A DNA stretch of 62,653 nt, counting the filler, from Barthelona sp. PAP020 (taxonomy: Eukaryota): assembly GCA_040182905.1 (NCBI GenBank). It is 14 parts of 14 records of this genome, joined end to end, with 100 filler letters (N's around TTAATTAATTAA, not from the genome) between each part and the next. Parts side by side here need not be neighbours in the genome. Positions count along the whole stretch, not along the records: positions 18,201 to 22,625 come from JARQWU010000672.1; positions 22,726 to 27,149 come from JARQWU010000673.1; positions 27,250 to 31,672 come from JARQWU010000674.1; 11 more parts are not named here. One strand, 5' to 3'. The notes under the pieces were generated by a model that worked only from the letters and a program-made list of their open reading frames with translations, ran no database searches and had not been told where the DNA came from. The position numbers and the translations under genes were made by a program. This document shows, piece by piece, positions 19,798-31,040 of the stretch; within the stretch, counting starts at the first letter, position 1, and the number at the start of each line of letters is the position of its first letter.

Positions 19798-22479
19798 TCA
19801 CATATAGTATCCGTTAAGAATGTTTAATAATTCTTTTGATTTATTCACAACTTCATTCTTGCTGTCAAAAAACAATTCTTTATCTGAAAAACCAAAACTA
19901 TTTTTTAAACACATTTTCAATTCAATCACATCTGAATTCTCAAAGATAATTTCATCATCATAAATTTGTTCAATAATAACTTTTAAATCAGTATCACACA
20001 AAACTTCATTCCAACCATCACCATATTCATCTTCAATCGAAGCTAATTTTTCTTTGGTTGAATTTGACAAATATAATGTCCATTTTCTTCTTGGAATTAA
20101 CAATTCATTCAATTCTACACATTTCAAAAAGTATTCAGGTAAAACAACATCTAAATGTGGGTAATCTTCAACAGTTTTTCGAGTTTGTACATTTATCTTT
20201 GTTGAACATAAAATATTCGCTTGTTTTACACTTTTAGTTATTGAAATACCGTTATTTAGCATTTTTGTCTTGGTTTCTTCTTCAATTTTACTCAATAAAC
20301 ATACTTTAATACCTTGAAACAGTTCAGAAACAATTTCAAAGTTATTCTCCACTTTAGCGAGAAAAGCAATAATTTGTTGTTTCTTTGGTTTTGATTTTTT
20401 TCTGTTATGATTTGTTGCAAACAATGGAGATGAACTGTAATCCTTTGAGCTCAATGATGGCAAAGTTGAAATATCAGGCAACTCAATGGAAAACAATGGG
20501 GTTGAGGGTTTGTTGGAAGCAGCATTATTGGGGCTAAATAGGTCATCAAGTGAAGAGGAATCAAACGAAAGTTGAGATTCCATTGAAAAACTGGGTTTTT
20601 GAACTGTTCCAACATTCCAACGAGAGATGGTAGGCTCATTGTTTTGGCTTTGACTTGGCATGTATATCTTTGTGGCTTGTATTGTTTGGGATTCACTGTT
20701 GAAGGTGTTTTCATTAAACAATCGCAGTTGGATGTCACCATCATTTACATCCAAAACATCCAGCTCTTCTAAGGTCAAACAATCTTTTAAAGGTTTATCT
20801 TCTCTAATTCTCATCATTCTTGGAAATCTATAGGTCCAACCTAAAGGCCAATCTTTACTTTTGATCACTTGAGTTGCGTTTACAGTAACTGCAAAACCAT
20901 TTTCAGGCAACCAAATTACAGCTGGGGCAGTATCACCGAAAGTAATTTTATGTCCATTGGGAAGGGTATATGGAGTCTTTTTTCCATAAGGCCTAATATA
21001 TTCTTTCTGTAATGCTGTTATATCTGCTCTCTTTTTATCGGAAATTCCTGAACCAACACGCATCACAACAAACCAATCATCTGTGGAATTTTTCGCAGCT
21101 AAATGTAAAGTATGAAAATGTTGATTATTTCTTCGACCATAATCAGCCCCAACTGCCACAAAATCCATGTCTTTTAAAGCACCATCATAGTCTGGTTTCA
21201 TTTTGTACCAACCTTGATTTCTTTCATCCAATGCATACAATGAATCCAATCGTTTTACAACAATACCTTCTTGTCCTTCAGCTAAAGCTCTGTCATATTC
21301 TTTCAATATTTCATCAATAGAACTGCATTGAACAACAGACGATAAATAGAAGCTGCATCCAAAAGGAACCACAACATTTGTCAAAATATTCCTTCTAGTT
21401 TCGAAAGGTCTATCAATAAGGGACTCACCATCGTTATATAAGATATCAAAGACAACAAATGCCAATTTGTATTGTTCAACAGGCAAACCCGTTGTTGAGA
21501 CTTTTTCGCCTGCATTAATTGCATTTGCTAAACTCTTTGCATGGCCAAACTCCATCACGCTATTATCATTTTGGTTTATGACCAACAATTCACCATCCAA
21601 AATGCACGTATTAGAACGAATGTTTCCAATCAACGATTCGCTTAGGCTAAAATAAAGATCAGTGTAATCAATCAGCCTTCGAGAAAAAAACTTAAAAGAA
21701 TTGCCATTTTTATGAACTTGCATGCGTTCTCCATCATATTTGGTTTCTACAAAGGTAAGTACATTTTGAAACATATCATTCAAATTATTTTTACTGATTC
21801 TCTGAGCAAGCATTGGTTTTACTGCTGTATTTAAGATGATTTCAATGGATTTGAATTCAGTGGCATCAAATAATTCACGACAAACCATGCTCAGAGGAAT
21901 TCCTTTTTTAATAAAATCCTCAGAATTTTTGTGCCATAATTTTAAAATAGATTCACTGCTTAATGATAATTTCAAATCCTTTAAAATGATTCTGCTTAAC
22001 CAAAATAATTCAAGTGGGGTTAAATCATTAATTATTTCTTGAAAAAAGGCTAAGTGATCATCAAATTTGCTGTATTTTGCTAAAGAATTCAAAAATGAAT
22101 CAATTCTATCCACACTTAACTTTCCTTCATTGTGACACAAAAAATCTGTAGAAACATCTTTGATTATTTCAGTAATATCTCCAGATATATATCCATCAAT
22201 TGGGGTTTTCCAATTTTTTAATCGTTTAGCTTGTATAGAATTGGAAGGAAAACCTAAAGATTGTGTTATTAATCTACTTAAAATTGACTCTTTGATTCCA
22301 TAACTTCCTCTTTCACGATCAAAATCAGGAACACATAACCTTAATATCTTGAAACATAGATTTATATCATCTTGTCTTCGTAAACTTTGGAATAATTTTC
22401 GAAATAAATCATTTCTTCTCGTACGTTTGTCACTACACAATATCAAATCAAATATTTTGCATATACTAATAAATAACAT
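19798..22479 (-). CDS. LIG4: DNA ligase IV
   Basis: DRERGSYGIKE, active site ETKYDGERMQVHK, ILDGE, EGIVVK, WYKMKPDY and RFPR..RIREDK. One BRCT-like region is followed by DEYGDGW, resembling the XRCC4-interacting region. Confidence 0.92.
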   Translation of the reverse strand: MLFISICKIFDLILCSDKRTRRNDLFRKLFQSLRRQDDINLCFKILRLCVPDFDRERGSYGIKESILSRLITQSLGFPSNSIQAKRLKNWKTPIDGYISGDITEIIKDVSTDFLCHNEGKLSVDRIDSFLNSLAKYSKFDDHLAFFQEIINDLTPLELFWLSRIILKDLKLSLSSESILKLWHKNSEDFIKKGIPLSMVCRELFDATEFKSIEIILNTAVKPMLAQRISKNNLNDMFQNVLTFVETKYDGERMQVHKNGNSFKFFSRRLIDYTDLYFSLSESLIGNIRSNTCILDGELLVINQNDNSVMEFGHAKSLANAINAGEKVSTTGLPVEQYKLAFVVFDILYNDGESLIDRPFETRRNILTNVVVPFGCSFYLSSVVQCSSIDEILKEYDRALAEGQEGIVVKRLDSLYALDERNQGWYKMKPDYDGALKDMDFVAVGADYGRRNNQHFHTLHLAAKNSTDDWFVVMRVGSGISDKKRADITALQKEYIRPYGKKTPYTLPNGHKITFGDTAPAVIWLPENGFAVTVNATQVIKSKDWPLGWTYRFPRMMRIREDKPLKDCLTLEELDVLDVNDGDIQLRLFNENTFNSESQTIQATKIYMPSQSQNNEPTISRWNVGTVQKPSFSMESQLSFDSSSLDDLFSPNNAASNKPSTPLFSIELPDISTLPSLSSKDYSSSPLFATNHNRKKSKPKKQQIIAFLAKVENNFEIVSELFQGIKVCLLSKIEEETKTKMLNNGISITKSVKQANILCSTKINVQTRKTVEDYPHLDVVLPEYFLKCVELNELLIPRRKWTLYLSNSTKEKLASIEDEYGDGWNEVLCDTDLKVIIEQIYDDEIIFENSDVIELKMCLKNSFGFSDKELFFDSKNEVVNKSKELLNILNGYYM

Positions 22480-22772
22480 TTGTTCATTTTGGTTTTGGTG
22501 GTTTTTTTTTTTTATTTCAAAATGTCTATTCAATTTACAAAGAAAAATATTGAAAATAGTGCAAACGATTTACGAAATTTGATATTGTCCAAAGAACCAT
22601 ACACTTTTCCTTCAAAACAATTTCANNNNNNNNNNNNNNNNNNNNNNNNNNNNNNNNNNNNNNNNNNNNTTAATTAATTAANNNNNNNNNNNNNNNNNNN
22701 NNNNNNNNNNNNNNNNNNNNNNNNNTCAATATTTCAAAGACTCGATCCTGTTCCCTAAAAAGATGGATATAA

Positions 22773-22853
22773 CGCTAAGGATGGGATTCGAACCCATGAG
22801 CCTTTCGGCAGCAGCTTAGCAAACTACCGTCTTAACCACTCGACCACCTCAGC
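22773..22853 (-). tRNA. tRNA-Ser (GCT)
   Basis: Acceptor stem GCTGAGG/CCTTAGC, discriminator G, anticodon arm GTAGT-TTGCTAA-GCTGC, long variable arm GCC-GAAA-GGC and T loop TTCGAAT. Confidence 0.95.
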
Positions 22854-23051
22854 TGAAAAAAGAAAAAAAATATCTTATATCAAATTGCAACGTAAGTAAT
22901 TAACTAGAAAAAATAAGATAGAATTTAATCTTTCTAAATGAATAAAATCCTTTTTAAGAAATAGTTCAATTGTAAAAAAAACCATATTTATTTTCATAAT
23001 TAAATACTTTCAAAATAAAATTGATTTTTATGACATTTAATTATTAGATAT

Positions 23052-23249
23052 TTATTAGATATTTATGAGGTATGAGTTGTTTAGTGAATAACGAAACGAG
23101 TTAGCTTAAGGTTTGAGAAAACTCACGTGGATTCAGATACCTAAGTAACTTAAAAAATTGGTCCAGAAACAACAAATAAAGGAAGTGATATTTGGTGACC
23201 TTTTTATATTTCCAATGAATTCCGTTCATTGAGCATGAACTTCCACATT
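23052..23249 (+). repeat. Repeat family A (about 200 bp), copy 1
   Basis: Colinear with 26565-26774 and 37458-37669 (ttattagatatttatgagg...cattgagcatgaacttccacatt). Confidence 0.92.
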
Positions 23250-24000
23250 TTTAAAATGAAGGCTAAAATATTTAAATCATTTTCTTTTGCCGAATTTAAG
23301 AAAATTCCTGCTTGATTATTGAAATAACATTTTGACTGAAATTTACAAAAAAGAAATTTTCTTAGTTTACTTACTTTTTAAATAAATGTTGTTGTTTCAT
23401 AACTGTATAAAAAAAAAATCTATGTTGTTCTTTCACATTTACTCATACATACAGTGCCTCTTGGCATAATAATAATTTTAAAATACTATTCTAATCAGAA
23501 ATCTCAAATAATTTTTGCCAAATGTGAATTATTCTTTTTTTTTTTCCTCAAATCCAAAATACTTTTGAACACCTGAGGATATTTTAAAATTGAGACTGCT
23601 GTTTCTTTATTCTGAAAAGACTTTTTCATTGCTCATATAATTCTTTTGTTTGTGCTAATCTTGTTCAATTTTTTCAACTTAAACAATTTCAACCCATAAA
23701 AAACCAGTAAAAATTTTTTTGAAATTTTTTGTTTGAACTTTTTTTATTCTTTTCAATTAAAAATATTCTTATCATTGACTTTTTTTCTTAAACATTAGAA
23801 GAATAAACACAACACAACTTGCAATTAGAAATACATCTTATAAAATTCTACATATTTTCTTTTTGATGTTTTTGCCAAATAAATATTATATTTATATTAA
23901 ATACAATGATGAAGCTTAATTTAATTTTTAAAATGAATAATAAAAAGGTACATTTTTTTTTTGATGATTGGATTAAGATATTCATGAAATAAGAAATAAT

Positions 24001-26499
24001 ATGCAATTTGAAACATTAACACCTGAAATATTACAAGAAATTTTTGAAATCATACCTTCTGATGGACCTTTTGACAATCCAAATTTTGATCCAATTGCAT
24101 ATGTTAATAATCAGTTTCCAGATGAAAAAAGTCTTGAAAATTTTGACAAATTCTATGATGGAATTCAAATTGAGATCGCTTCATTAACCAATGAAGTTTA
24201 TTCCAATCTCAATGATACGTCTTCTAATATAGGCAGTATTGATAGTAATTTAAATAATGTGACTAATACTGTTTCCATGTTACAAGATCGAGTAACTCGT
24301 ATTGAACAAAATGCTATAAATAGTGCCGTATTTATTAATTCAATATCAAAACAATTAAGAACATTGGACTTTACGAAAAAAAATTTGGAGACGTATGTCG
24401 AAGTTTTGGAAAATTTGAAAATTTTTATCAACGTTTTGAATAAGTTGGAAAAACTTCAACCTACTGAGAAATTGACTGAAGTAAGCAATTTATTGCCTCA
24501 TTTAAAAGATTTGCGAGATTTTTTCAAAAAATACAAAAACTTGTCACAAATTTTTGTGCTTTTAGCCAGATCAGACACAATAGTGCAATTTTATTCTGTT
24601 AAATGTGTAAACCAATTCAAAGAGTTGAATCCTCCAGGATTAGGATCTATTGACGGTTCTATCAGTACTTTGGATATTGATGTAAGTGACACCTTTTCTG
24701 CAATGTTTCAATCAACTTGTGAAGTCATATATGCACTTGGTGATGAGTACAAACAAGAATGTTTGAATTTTTTCATTGATACTCAATTGAAATTTTTCAG
24801 AGTTGGTAAACCTTTAGCTGATAACATTCAAGATGCTGTTGTAGAAATACGTCAAAGGATTCAGTGGATTCAAAATTTTTTAAAGGCCTTTTACAATACA
24901 TATGATCAATTGTTTCCTGTTAATTGGCAAGTAGGCCCTATTTTGGTATCCAATATGCTTAATGTCTTAATTCCGGTGATATCTTCTTTTTTGATGACCT
25001 ATGGAAACACTTTAGAATTGAATTCGTTTCTTTCTTTATACAATACCTGTCGTACTACGGAAAGAGAATTGCAATTGAAATGCGAGGAAGAGTTTTTAAA
25101 GACAGAATCTGACAAGTTTTACTCTATATTCTTAACGAATCAAATTAAAGAGAAGTTTCTTGCACAATTTAGTTATTTAGGTGAAGATATTGATGATTTT
25201 GAAATAACTCCATTGTTGAAAAAAACACAGGCCATACGTGAAAAGTATCGAAGTGAAATTGTGAAACAAGAGACCATTGAGATGGAAAAACTATTTCAAG
25301 CTGAGCAAGAATTACAAAAGTTAAATGATAAGAAAGAAGTTCCGTTTTCATTTGTAAACAGCATTTTACCTGCATTTTTTTCCCATTTTCATGTTTATGT
25401 CAAAGAGGAACGCAAAAATTTGGACAAAATATTGGAGAATAACACTAAGAAAAATGAAGAATGTGAAAAAGAAATGTTGCAGGCATTTTTTGATAGTTTT
25501 GATCAATCTATTATACATTTTGATCCTTTTGGCACTGATGATTACAATTTCAAAATCTCCACACCTCCTCCAAATACTGGCAGTACTTCGGTATTACCAC
25601 CCACTTTGTCTTCACGACCAGGGTCAGTTTTTGAACCAAAAATGCATTTCAGAAAAATATATCCCGTTTGTGATGAAGTGATACTCAACATTAGTGTATC
25701 TATGAGTCGTTGTGTAAAAATTGATAAAGGTCAAGTCTTTTACGATTTTTCAAAAATGTTGAACGAATTTATTGATGCTTTTTGTCAGCAAAAATTAGCT
25801 CATATTAGCAATCTTGCCACACTTTTCAAAACTAAAAATATTTACTTTATTCAAGCAATCTTAACTTGCAATTCATTTGATTATTTTATTGATGTTTTAC
25901 CGATGATAAACAAAAAAATGGCTAATCAAATAGATTCAGCTTTCAAAGATGAATTGAAACAAATTGAATTAACACCTTTGTTTGATGTCGTTGATAAATG
26001 TTTGGAAGTGATTTCAAAGATTTTGCTGAAAAAAATTGCAAAATATTTGAAATTCAAAAATTTGGAAATTTTCAAAATGATTTTGGTTTTAAAAAGTTTA
26101 TTCAAACGAATTATTGACTTTTTATCCCCTCCTTTGTTTTATCCTTTGATTCAGTGTTTCTTGAACAGTTTGGCCCTTAATTTTAAGGTTGATGTACAAA
26201 CCATTAGTGAAATTCCTTCTGTTGAGGAAGTCACACATGTTTTTGCTCAATTTTTTACATTTGTTACAGACTTTAAACTTTTTTTGTTTGAGTTGAATGA
26301 AAGTTCAGATTTCAAAGCTTCAGTTGAAGATTTATGTGATTGGGAACTGCGATATTTGGCTGCATTGTTAGCAAGTCAAGTTTTTCATTCTGATACTGAT
26401 ATTTTAGAAATGATGCGTGAATGGTTGAATGAAGAAAAGAATGTTTTCACAGATGAAATGGGAAAAGAATTTATTTGCAAGGTTAGAGAATCCTCATAA
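24001..26499 (+). CDS. VPS53: Vps53 (GARP/EARP complex subunit)
   Basis: N-terminal PFDNPNFDPIAYVNNQFPDEKSL and LDFTKKNL, plus FPVNW. 832 aa, helical. Confidence 0.85.
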   Translation: MQFETLTPEILQEIFEIIPSDGPFDNPNFDPIAYVNNQFPDEKSLENFDKFYDGIQIEIASLTNEVYSNLNDTSSNIGSIDSNLNNVTNTVSMLQDRVTRIEQNAINSAVFINSISKQLRTLDFTKKNLETYVEVLENLKIFINVLNKLEKLQPTEKLTEVSNLLPHLKDLRDFFKKYKNLSQIFVLLARSDTIVQFYSVKCVNQFKELNPPGLGSIDGSISTLDIDVSDTFSAMFQSTCEVIYALGDEYKQECLNFFIDTQLKFFRVGKPLADNIQDAVVEIRQRIQWIQNFLKAFYNTYDQLFPVNWQVGPILVSNMLNVLIPVISSFLMTYGNTLELNSFLSLYNTCRTTERELQLKCEEEFLKTESDKFYSIFLTNQIKEKFLAQFSYLGEDIDDFEITPLLKKTQAIREKYRSEIVKQETIEMEKLFQAEQELQKLNDKKEVPFSFVNSILPAFFSHFHVYVKEERKNLDKILENNTKKNEECEKEMLQAFFDSFDQSIIHFDPFGTDDYNFKISTPPPNTGSTSVLPPTLSSRPGSVFEPKMHFRKIYPVCDEVILNISVSMSRCVKIDKGQVFYDFSKMLNEFIDAFCQQKLAHISNLATLFKTKNIYFIQAILTCNSFDYFIDVLPMINKKMANQIDSAFKDELKQIELTPLFDVVDKCLEVISKILLKKIAKYLKFKNLEIFKMILVLKSLFKRIIDFLSPPLFYPLIQCFLNSLALNFKVDVQTISEIPSVEEVTHVFAQFFTFVTDFKLFLFELNESSDFKASVEDLCDWELRYLAALLASQVFHSDTDILEMMREWLNEEKNVFTDEMGKEFICKVRESS

Positions 26500-26564
26500 G
26501 TTGAAAAATTAACAAGTATTTTGCCCTTGAAAGTTGTTATTTGAAATAAAGATGTATTTTTTGT

Positions 26565-26774
26565 TTATTAGATATTTATGAGGTATGAGTTGTTCAGTGA
26601 ACAACGAAACGAGTTAGCTTAAGGTTTGGGAAAACTCACGTGGATTCAGATGCCCAAGTAACTTAAAAAATTGGACCTAAAGATGGTAAAGAAACAACAA
26701 ATCAATGAAGTGATATTTGATGAACTCTTTATATCTCCAATAAATTCCGTTCATTGAGCATGAACTTCCACATT
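26565..26774 (+). repeat. Repeat family A, copy 2
   Basis: Colinear with 23052-23249. Confidence 0.92.
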
Positions 26775-26885
26775 ATTAAGAATAATAAAATTGTTAAAGA
26801 GAAAAATTTTGTTAAAACTTTTGGATAATCACTGCTGGTCAAAAAGAAGAATACGTCTTTTATTTTAAAATTAAAGTTTTTTTCA

Positions 26886-26966
26886 GCTAAGGTGGTCGAG
26901 TGGTTAAGACGGTAGTTTGCTAAGCTGCTGCCGAAAGGCTCATGGGTTCGAATCCCATCCTTAGCG
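26886..26966 (+). tRNA. tRNA-Ser (GCT), second copy
   Basis: Same cloverleaf with acceptor GCTAAGG/CCTTAGC. A TTTTT Pol III terminator follows shortly downstream. Confidence 0.95.
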
Positions 26967-27062
26967 TTATATCCATCTTTTTAGGGAACAGGATCGAGTC
27001 TTTGAAATGTTGATTTCACGTTAGATACAAGATAAGGTACACGAAAGCTTTTATTTCACACG

Positions 27063-27149
27063 ACAATAATAATAAATGTTTATAAAGATCTTTATTGTTC
27101 TCGGTTAGAGTTTGGGGGTACTTGCAACTGAGTCGTTTTGCGTGGATGG
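27063..27149 (+). repeat. Repeat family D copy at a contig end
   Basis: ttataaag...gttctcggttagagtttgg..tacttgcaactgag.cgttttgcgtggatgg matches 28170-28252. Confidence 0.85.
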
Positions 27150-27945
27150 NNNNNNNNNNNNNNNNNNNNNNNNNNNNNNNNNNNNNNNNNNNNTTAATTA
27201 ATTAANNNNNNNNNNNNNNNNNNNNNNNNNNNNNNNNNNNNNNNNNNNNAAAAAAAAAAAAAAAAAAAACTCATATTTGTAAGAGGAGCGGTTCTACCTT
27301 TGAAAATAAAATTCTTATTGTTTTGATCTCCTCTTTTCCAGCTTTAAAATTTTCTTTCTTATGGAATTATTAGCTTTATATGCAGGAGTATTTTGGTTAG
27401 TTCTTCCTTTGCGTCTTCTTTCGGTGAAATTTTTGTTGTTGCCAAATTAATAATAGCTTTTACAAGGATTATAGGATGAGAAGGTTGGCTAATTGGTGTT
27501 TGTCAACTCTTGATCTGAGTTTGGTTCGTGAACTGAATGCCCTTTATAAAAAAGAAAGAATCAACTTTTTGTTGATCTACCATGTATAAATTTTGGTTTA
27601 ATTTGATAATATCTTCCAATTTTGAAATTCCAACTTGTTCAGAAGTGATGGGAAAGTTTTTCCTGCACCGGAAAACATTCTTTTCTCTTTTCCCGCAAAG
27701 TCCTTGTCGCAGCGGAACCTTTGTAGGATTAATCTCTGGTACTGGTTGATTTGGTGTAGGGAAACAGGCTAGCATATTGTGGGGTTTTCTTGACTCACAC
27801 AAACGCATCCAAACATTTTCTTGTTGTTGCTCTCTTATGAAATGCCCGCTGCGCTTCACAATTCTTTCTTAATGATATGACAAATATCTCTTCCACATTT
27901 ATGGAGTTCTAGTTGTAAATTGATTCATTTATTATCGTACAAGTA

Positions 27946-28252
27946 TTGAAACTTGTATGAGTTGGAAATGTTCAGATGTTGAAAATTTCGCTGCAGCTCA
28001 AAAATGCTTATAAAGACCTTTATTTTATATGGATTGGATCAAATTTAACAATCAAAAGTGCAAGAATAAAACCTAGAACAATGTTTATTTTGTCTTTTGG
28101 GTGAAATCCGTCCGCTTTGCTACGAACACATCTTCAAAAACGAAAAAGATCATAACAACTTCACAAGACAATAATGACAAATGCTTATAAAGACTTCTAT
28201 AGTTCTCGGTTAGAGTTTGGCTACTTGCAACTGAGGCGTTTTGCGTGGATGG
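27946..28252 (+). repeat. Cluster of short repeat fragments (families E, F and D)
   Basis: 27946-28003 matches the reverse of 37397-37458. 28081-28136 matches the reverse of 36021-36073. 28170-28252 is family D. Confidence 0.8.
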
Positions 28253-28907
28253 TGCAGCGCATTCTTAAAAAAAATAGAAATGCTTCCAATTCAGATGTTG
28301 GTGTGTATTCAAAAGAATCGCAGAATAATTTTCCCTGGATTTTTGATTCGCCTTAAATATTTCCACATGTGTTCTCTTTGTAAAAATTCAGAATTCTTTG
28401 TAATTCATTAATGTCATAAATTGGAAGAAGAACCCTTAAACACATAGAGATTATCTTTTGTGTGAAAAAGTTTTCTTTGTTGTGAAAAATTCTGTTGATA
28501 TTTCCGAAGACAATATTATGAACATTTAAAAGGACCTTATTGTTTGCAGGTTAAAAATAGGCCCTACTTTGCTTTCATGCGTGCTGTGCTTCAAGTTATT
28601 GGACAAAAAAATTGTGTCCAAACAAGCCTTTATTGTTCATGTTCACTTTTGAGCATTGAGGCACTTATAATTGAGACATTTGTAAGGATGATTCAGAATT
28701 ATTAAAAGAAGAAGAAGGGAACTCCTTCTGTGTTGATGTGCTGATAATGTGGTGAAAGTGAAATAGTTATTTTACTCATTAACATTTTTAATTCATAATT
28801 TTTGAAATTATTTGTAATTTTTTTTTTCTATTGCTTCAAGTGAATGAATACCAAAAAAAAAAAAACAATTGGACAAACAATCACATTGTGTGTCATACAT
28901 TTACATA

Positions 28908-29831
28908 TTAAAATATATCAAGGTCTTTGATATGATTGATATACTTCATCAAAAAAATTGCATCAACAGTTTCCGAGTCTTCGGAAAATTTGAGAGAGGT
29001 GGAAATTTTGTTCATAGCAGCTGTTGTCAAAACATCTTGATAAGAAACAATCGGTTCGAAAGAACTTTCAAAAACTTCGGCAAGTTCAGGGGGGATTCCA
29101 AGTGAATCAAAAACGTCTTCCAAAGACAAGGGAGCAGCATTAGCGATTGTTATTAATGTTTTATAAAAAGGATATTTATCATTGATTATTAAAGGAACCA
29201 AGGAATTTATATCAAAACTAGTGGAAAAGTCAAAATTTTCAATTCTCAAAAAATTAACAAAAGGGCTTAAAATATGCTCATGATTCAACAATATTTTTAA
29301 ACTGTCTAATGAATATTTTGACAATAAAGAAATTATAAGAGTGTTTTCATTCAAAACATTTTTTATGGAAGGAAGTAATCTCTTAAGTGCAACATTTGGC
29401 ATTGCAAAAACAATAACATTTGGCTTTTCACAAGATTCAAACGTTTTATACTGTAAATCATTGATAGATCTAAAATTATGAAGAAATTCAGGAAAAGAAT
29501 TCTGATAATATTCAACTTTTCGGACAAAAATATTAATATTTTCTAATGGGAAACCAATACGTTTTAAAAAAATTGGAACATAACGACCAACGTTACCAAA
29601 TCCTATACAAAATACTTTAAAAGGCTTCTTTATACTAAATTCTCCAAAAATATTAATTAAATTTGATACTTGACTGGTTAAAAGTTTTATTACATATGAT
29701 AATTTGTTGGAAATATCTGAAAAAAAATCATCTAGCTCTAAAGGTTTCATAAAATCAAATAATAAACATTCATTGTTTTCATTAAACATATCATGAATTA
29801 CAAATTGTCGAATATCTTGTTGTAATGCCAT
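28908..29831 (-). CDS. NAD(P)-binding Rossmann-fold protein (NOXRED1/P5CR-like)
   Basis: KVFCIGFGNVG glycine motif and the strands VIVFAMP and LIISLL. Confidence 0.65.
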   Translation of the reverse strand: MALQQDIRQFVIHDMFNENNECLLFDFMKPLELDDFFSDISNKLSYVIKLLTSQVSNLINIFGEFSIKKPFKVFCIGFGNVGRYVPIFLKRIGFPLENINIFVRKVEYYQNSFPEFLHNFRSINDLQYKTFESCEKPNVIVFAMPNVALKRLLPSIKNVLNENTLIISLLSKYSLDSLKILLNHEHILSPFVNFLRIENFDFSTSFDINSLVPLIINDKYPFYKTLITIANAAPLSLEDVFDSLGIPPELAEVFESSFEPIVSYQDVLTTAAMNKISTSLKFSEDSETVDAIFLMKYINHIKDLDIF

Positions 29832-29921
29832 TATTTATTCAAAAAAAAAATGGATGATTTTTCTCAATCTCTGCTTGTGTTCTGTTCAAAAAAAAAAGGA
29901 CAAAATTTATCACCAAAAAAT

Positions 29922-30824
29922 TTAACTTCTTTGAAGAATTAAACCATTAGATGAATCATAAAAAACAGTTAATAATGAATTGTTGTGATTTTCTAAAGGT
30001 ACGATACCAACCAATTGAGCATGCGATAAATTGGTTGACAAAACAGGTTCAACAAATCGTTCATTTAAATGGTATGCACACAAAGTTCCATCTACAGCCA
30101 CAGAAACAATACAATTTTCACATATACAATTTGCGGTGGGCATTCTTGAATGTAATTGCCAAGAATATTCCATATTTCCATCAACAAAACAACATACAAG
30201 TCCATTAGCACAATAGACAATTAATTCACGTTCAAAGAAAAATGCACTGATGGGAATATCAATAGTACGAATATGACTTCCATTAGAAACGTCAAAAACA
30301 CCATTATCACAACATACTAACATTCCTTTTGAGGTTACTGTGATTGAATTTACTGAACTTTGAAAATCTTCAACGGAAGAGGAATCTTTGTGTAATTCAA
30401 AAGTTAATACTCTTCCATCGTTCAAACCAACAGAAATAGCACCAGCGTAATAATCAAAACATTGAGCAGTTGATCTGATGAAGGATGTATCCATTTTTGA
30501 AAATTGAAAACTTTTTTCACACAGTGGACTTGAAAAAATATTATAAATATCAACTTTATTGGAGAATAATAATGCTAACGTGTCATTTCCAATAAATTGC
30601 AAAGCAATACAATTCTCTTGATTAACAAAATCAATAGAAACATTTCTAGTGACTTTAAATGTTGCATCAATATGGCAACATTCAACGCTATTTTTGCTTA
30701 TATATGCAATCCAGTTTTCAAAACTGGTTAAATTTTTTGGAAGAAATGCAACGCTTTTTGGAAACGAAATACCTAAAGATCTTTTCATTGACCAAGGGGA
30801 GTTGTTTTCTGTGGATTGAAACAT
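29922..30824 (-). CDS. Beta-propeller protein, possibly WDR54-like
   Basis: Beta-rich repeats. The N-terminal RSLGISFPKSVAFLPKNLT and C-terminal QLVGI...TVFYD resemble WDR54 termini, from memory. Confidence 0.55.
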   Translation of the reverse strand: MFQSTENNSPWSMKRSLGISFPKSVAFLPKNLTSFENWIAYISKNSVECCHIDATFKVTRNVSIDFVNQENCIALQFIGNDTLALLFSNKVDIYNIFSSPLCEKSFQFSKMDTSFIRSTAQCFDYYAGAISVGLNDGRVLTFELHKDSSSVEDFQSSVNSITVTSKGMLVCCDNGVFDVSNGSHIRTIDIPISAFFFERELIVYCANGLVCCFVDGNMEYSWQLHSRMPTANCICENCIVSVAVDGTLCAYHLNERFVEPVLSTNLSHAQLVGIVPLENHNNSLLTVFYDSSNGLILQRS

Positions 30825-31040
30825 ATTTTCTGTCTGATAAAGAAGAAAAAAATTACTGAAATTCAATTCTTTGTAACAAAACAAAAATTGTTTTTCTTCA
30901 ATTAAATCGTGAAGAATTTTTTATTGGGCGGCTTCATTTTTTGTTTTTCGAAGAAATTAGTTGTTTGTATTTTTTGACATTTGTTTGAAATAGATTTCAC
31001 TTGATATTTTTTGAGTTTTGGTAATTCACTTTAACGAATA

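Noticed and set aside
27503..27859. Decayed gag zinc-knuckle ORF
   Set aside because: There are only partial GHFIRE and CxxxxxHxxxxC resemblances, with no intact CCHC and no pol remnant.
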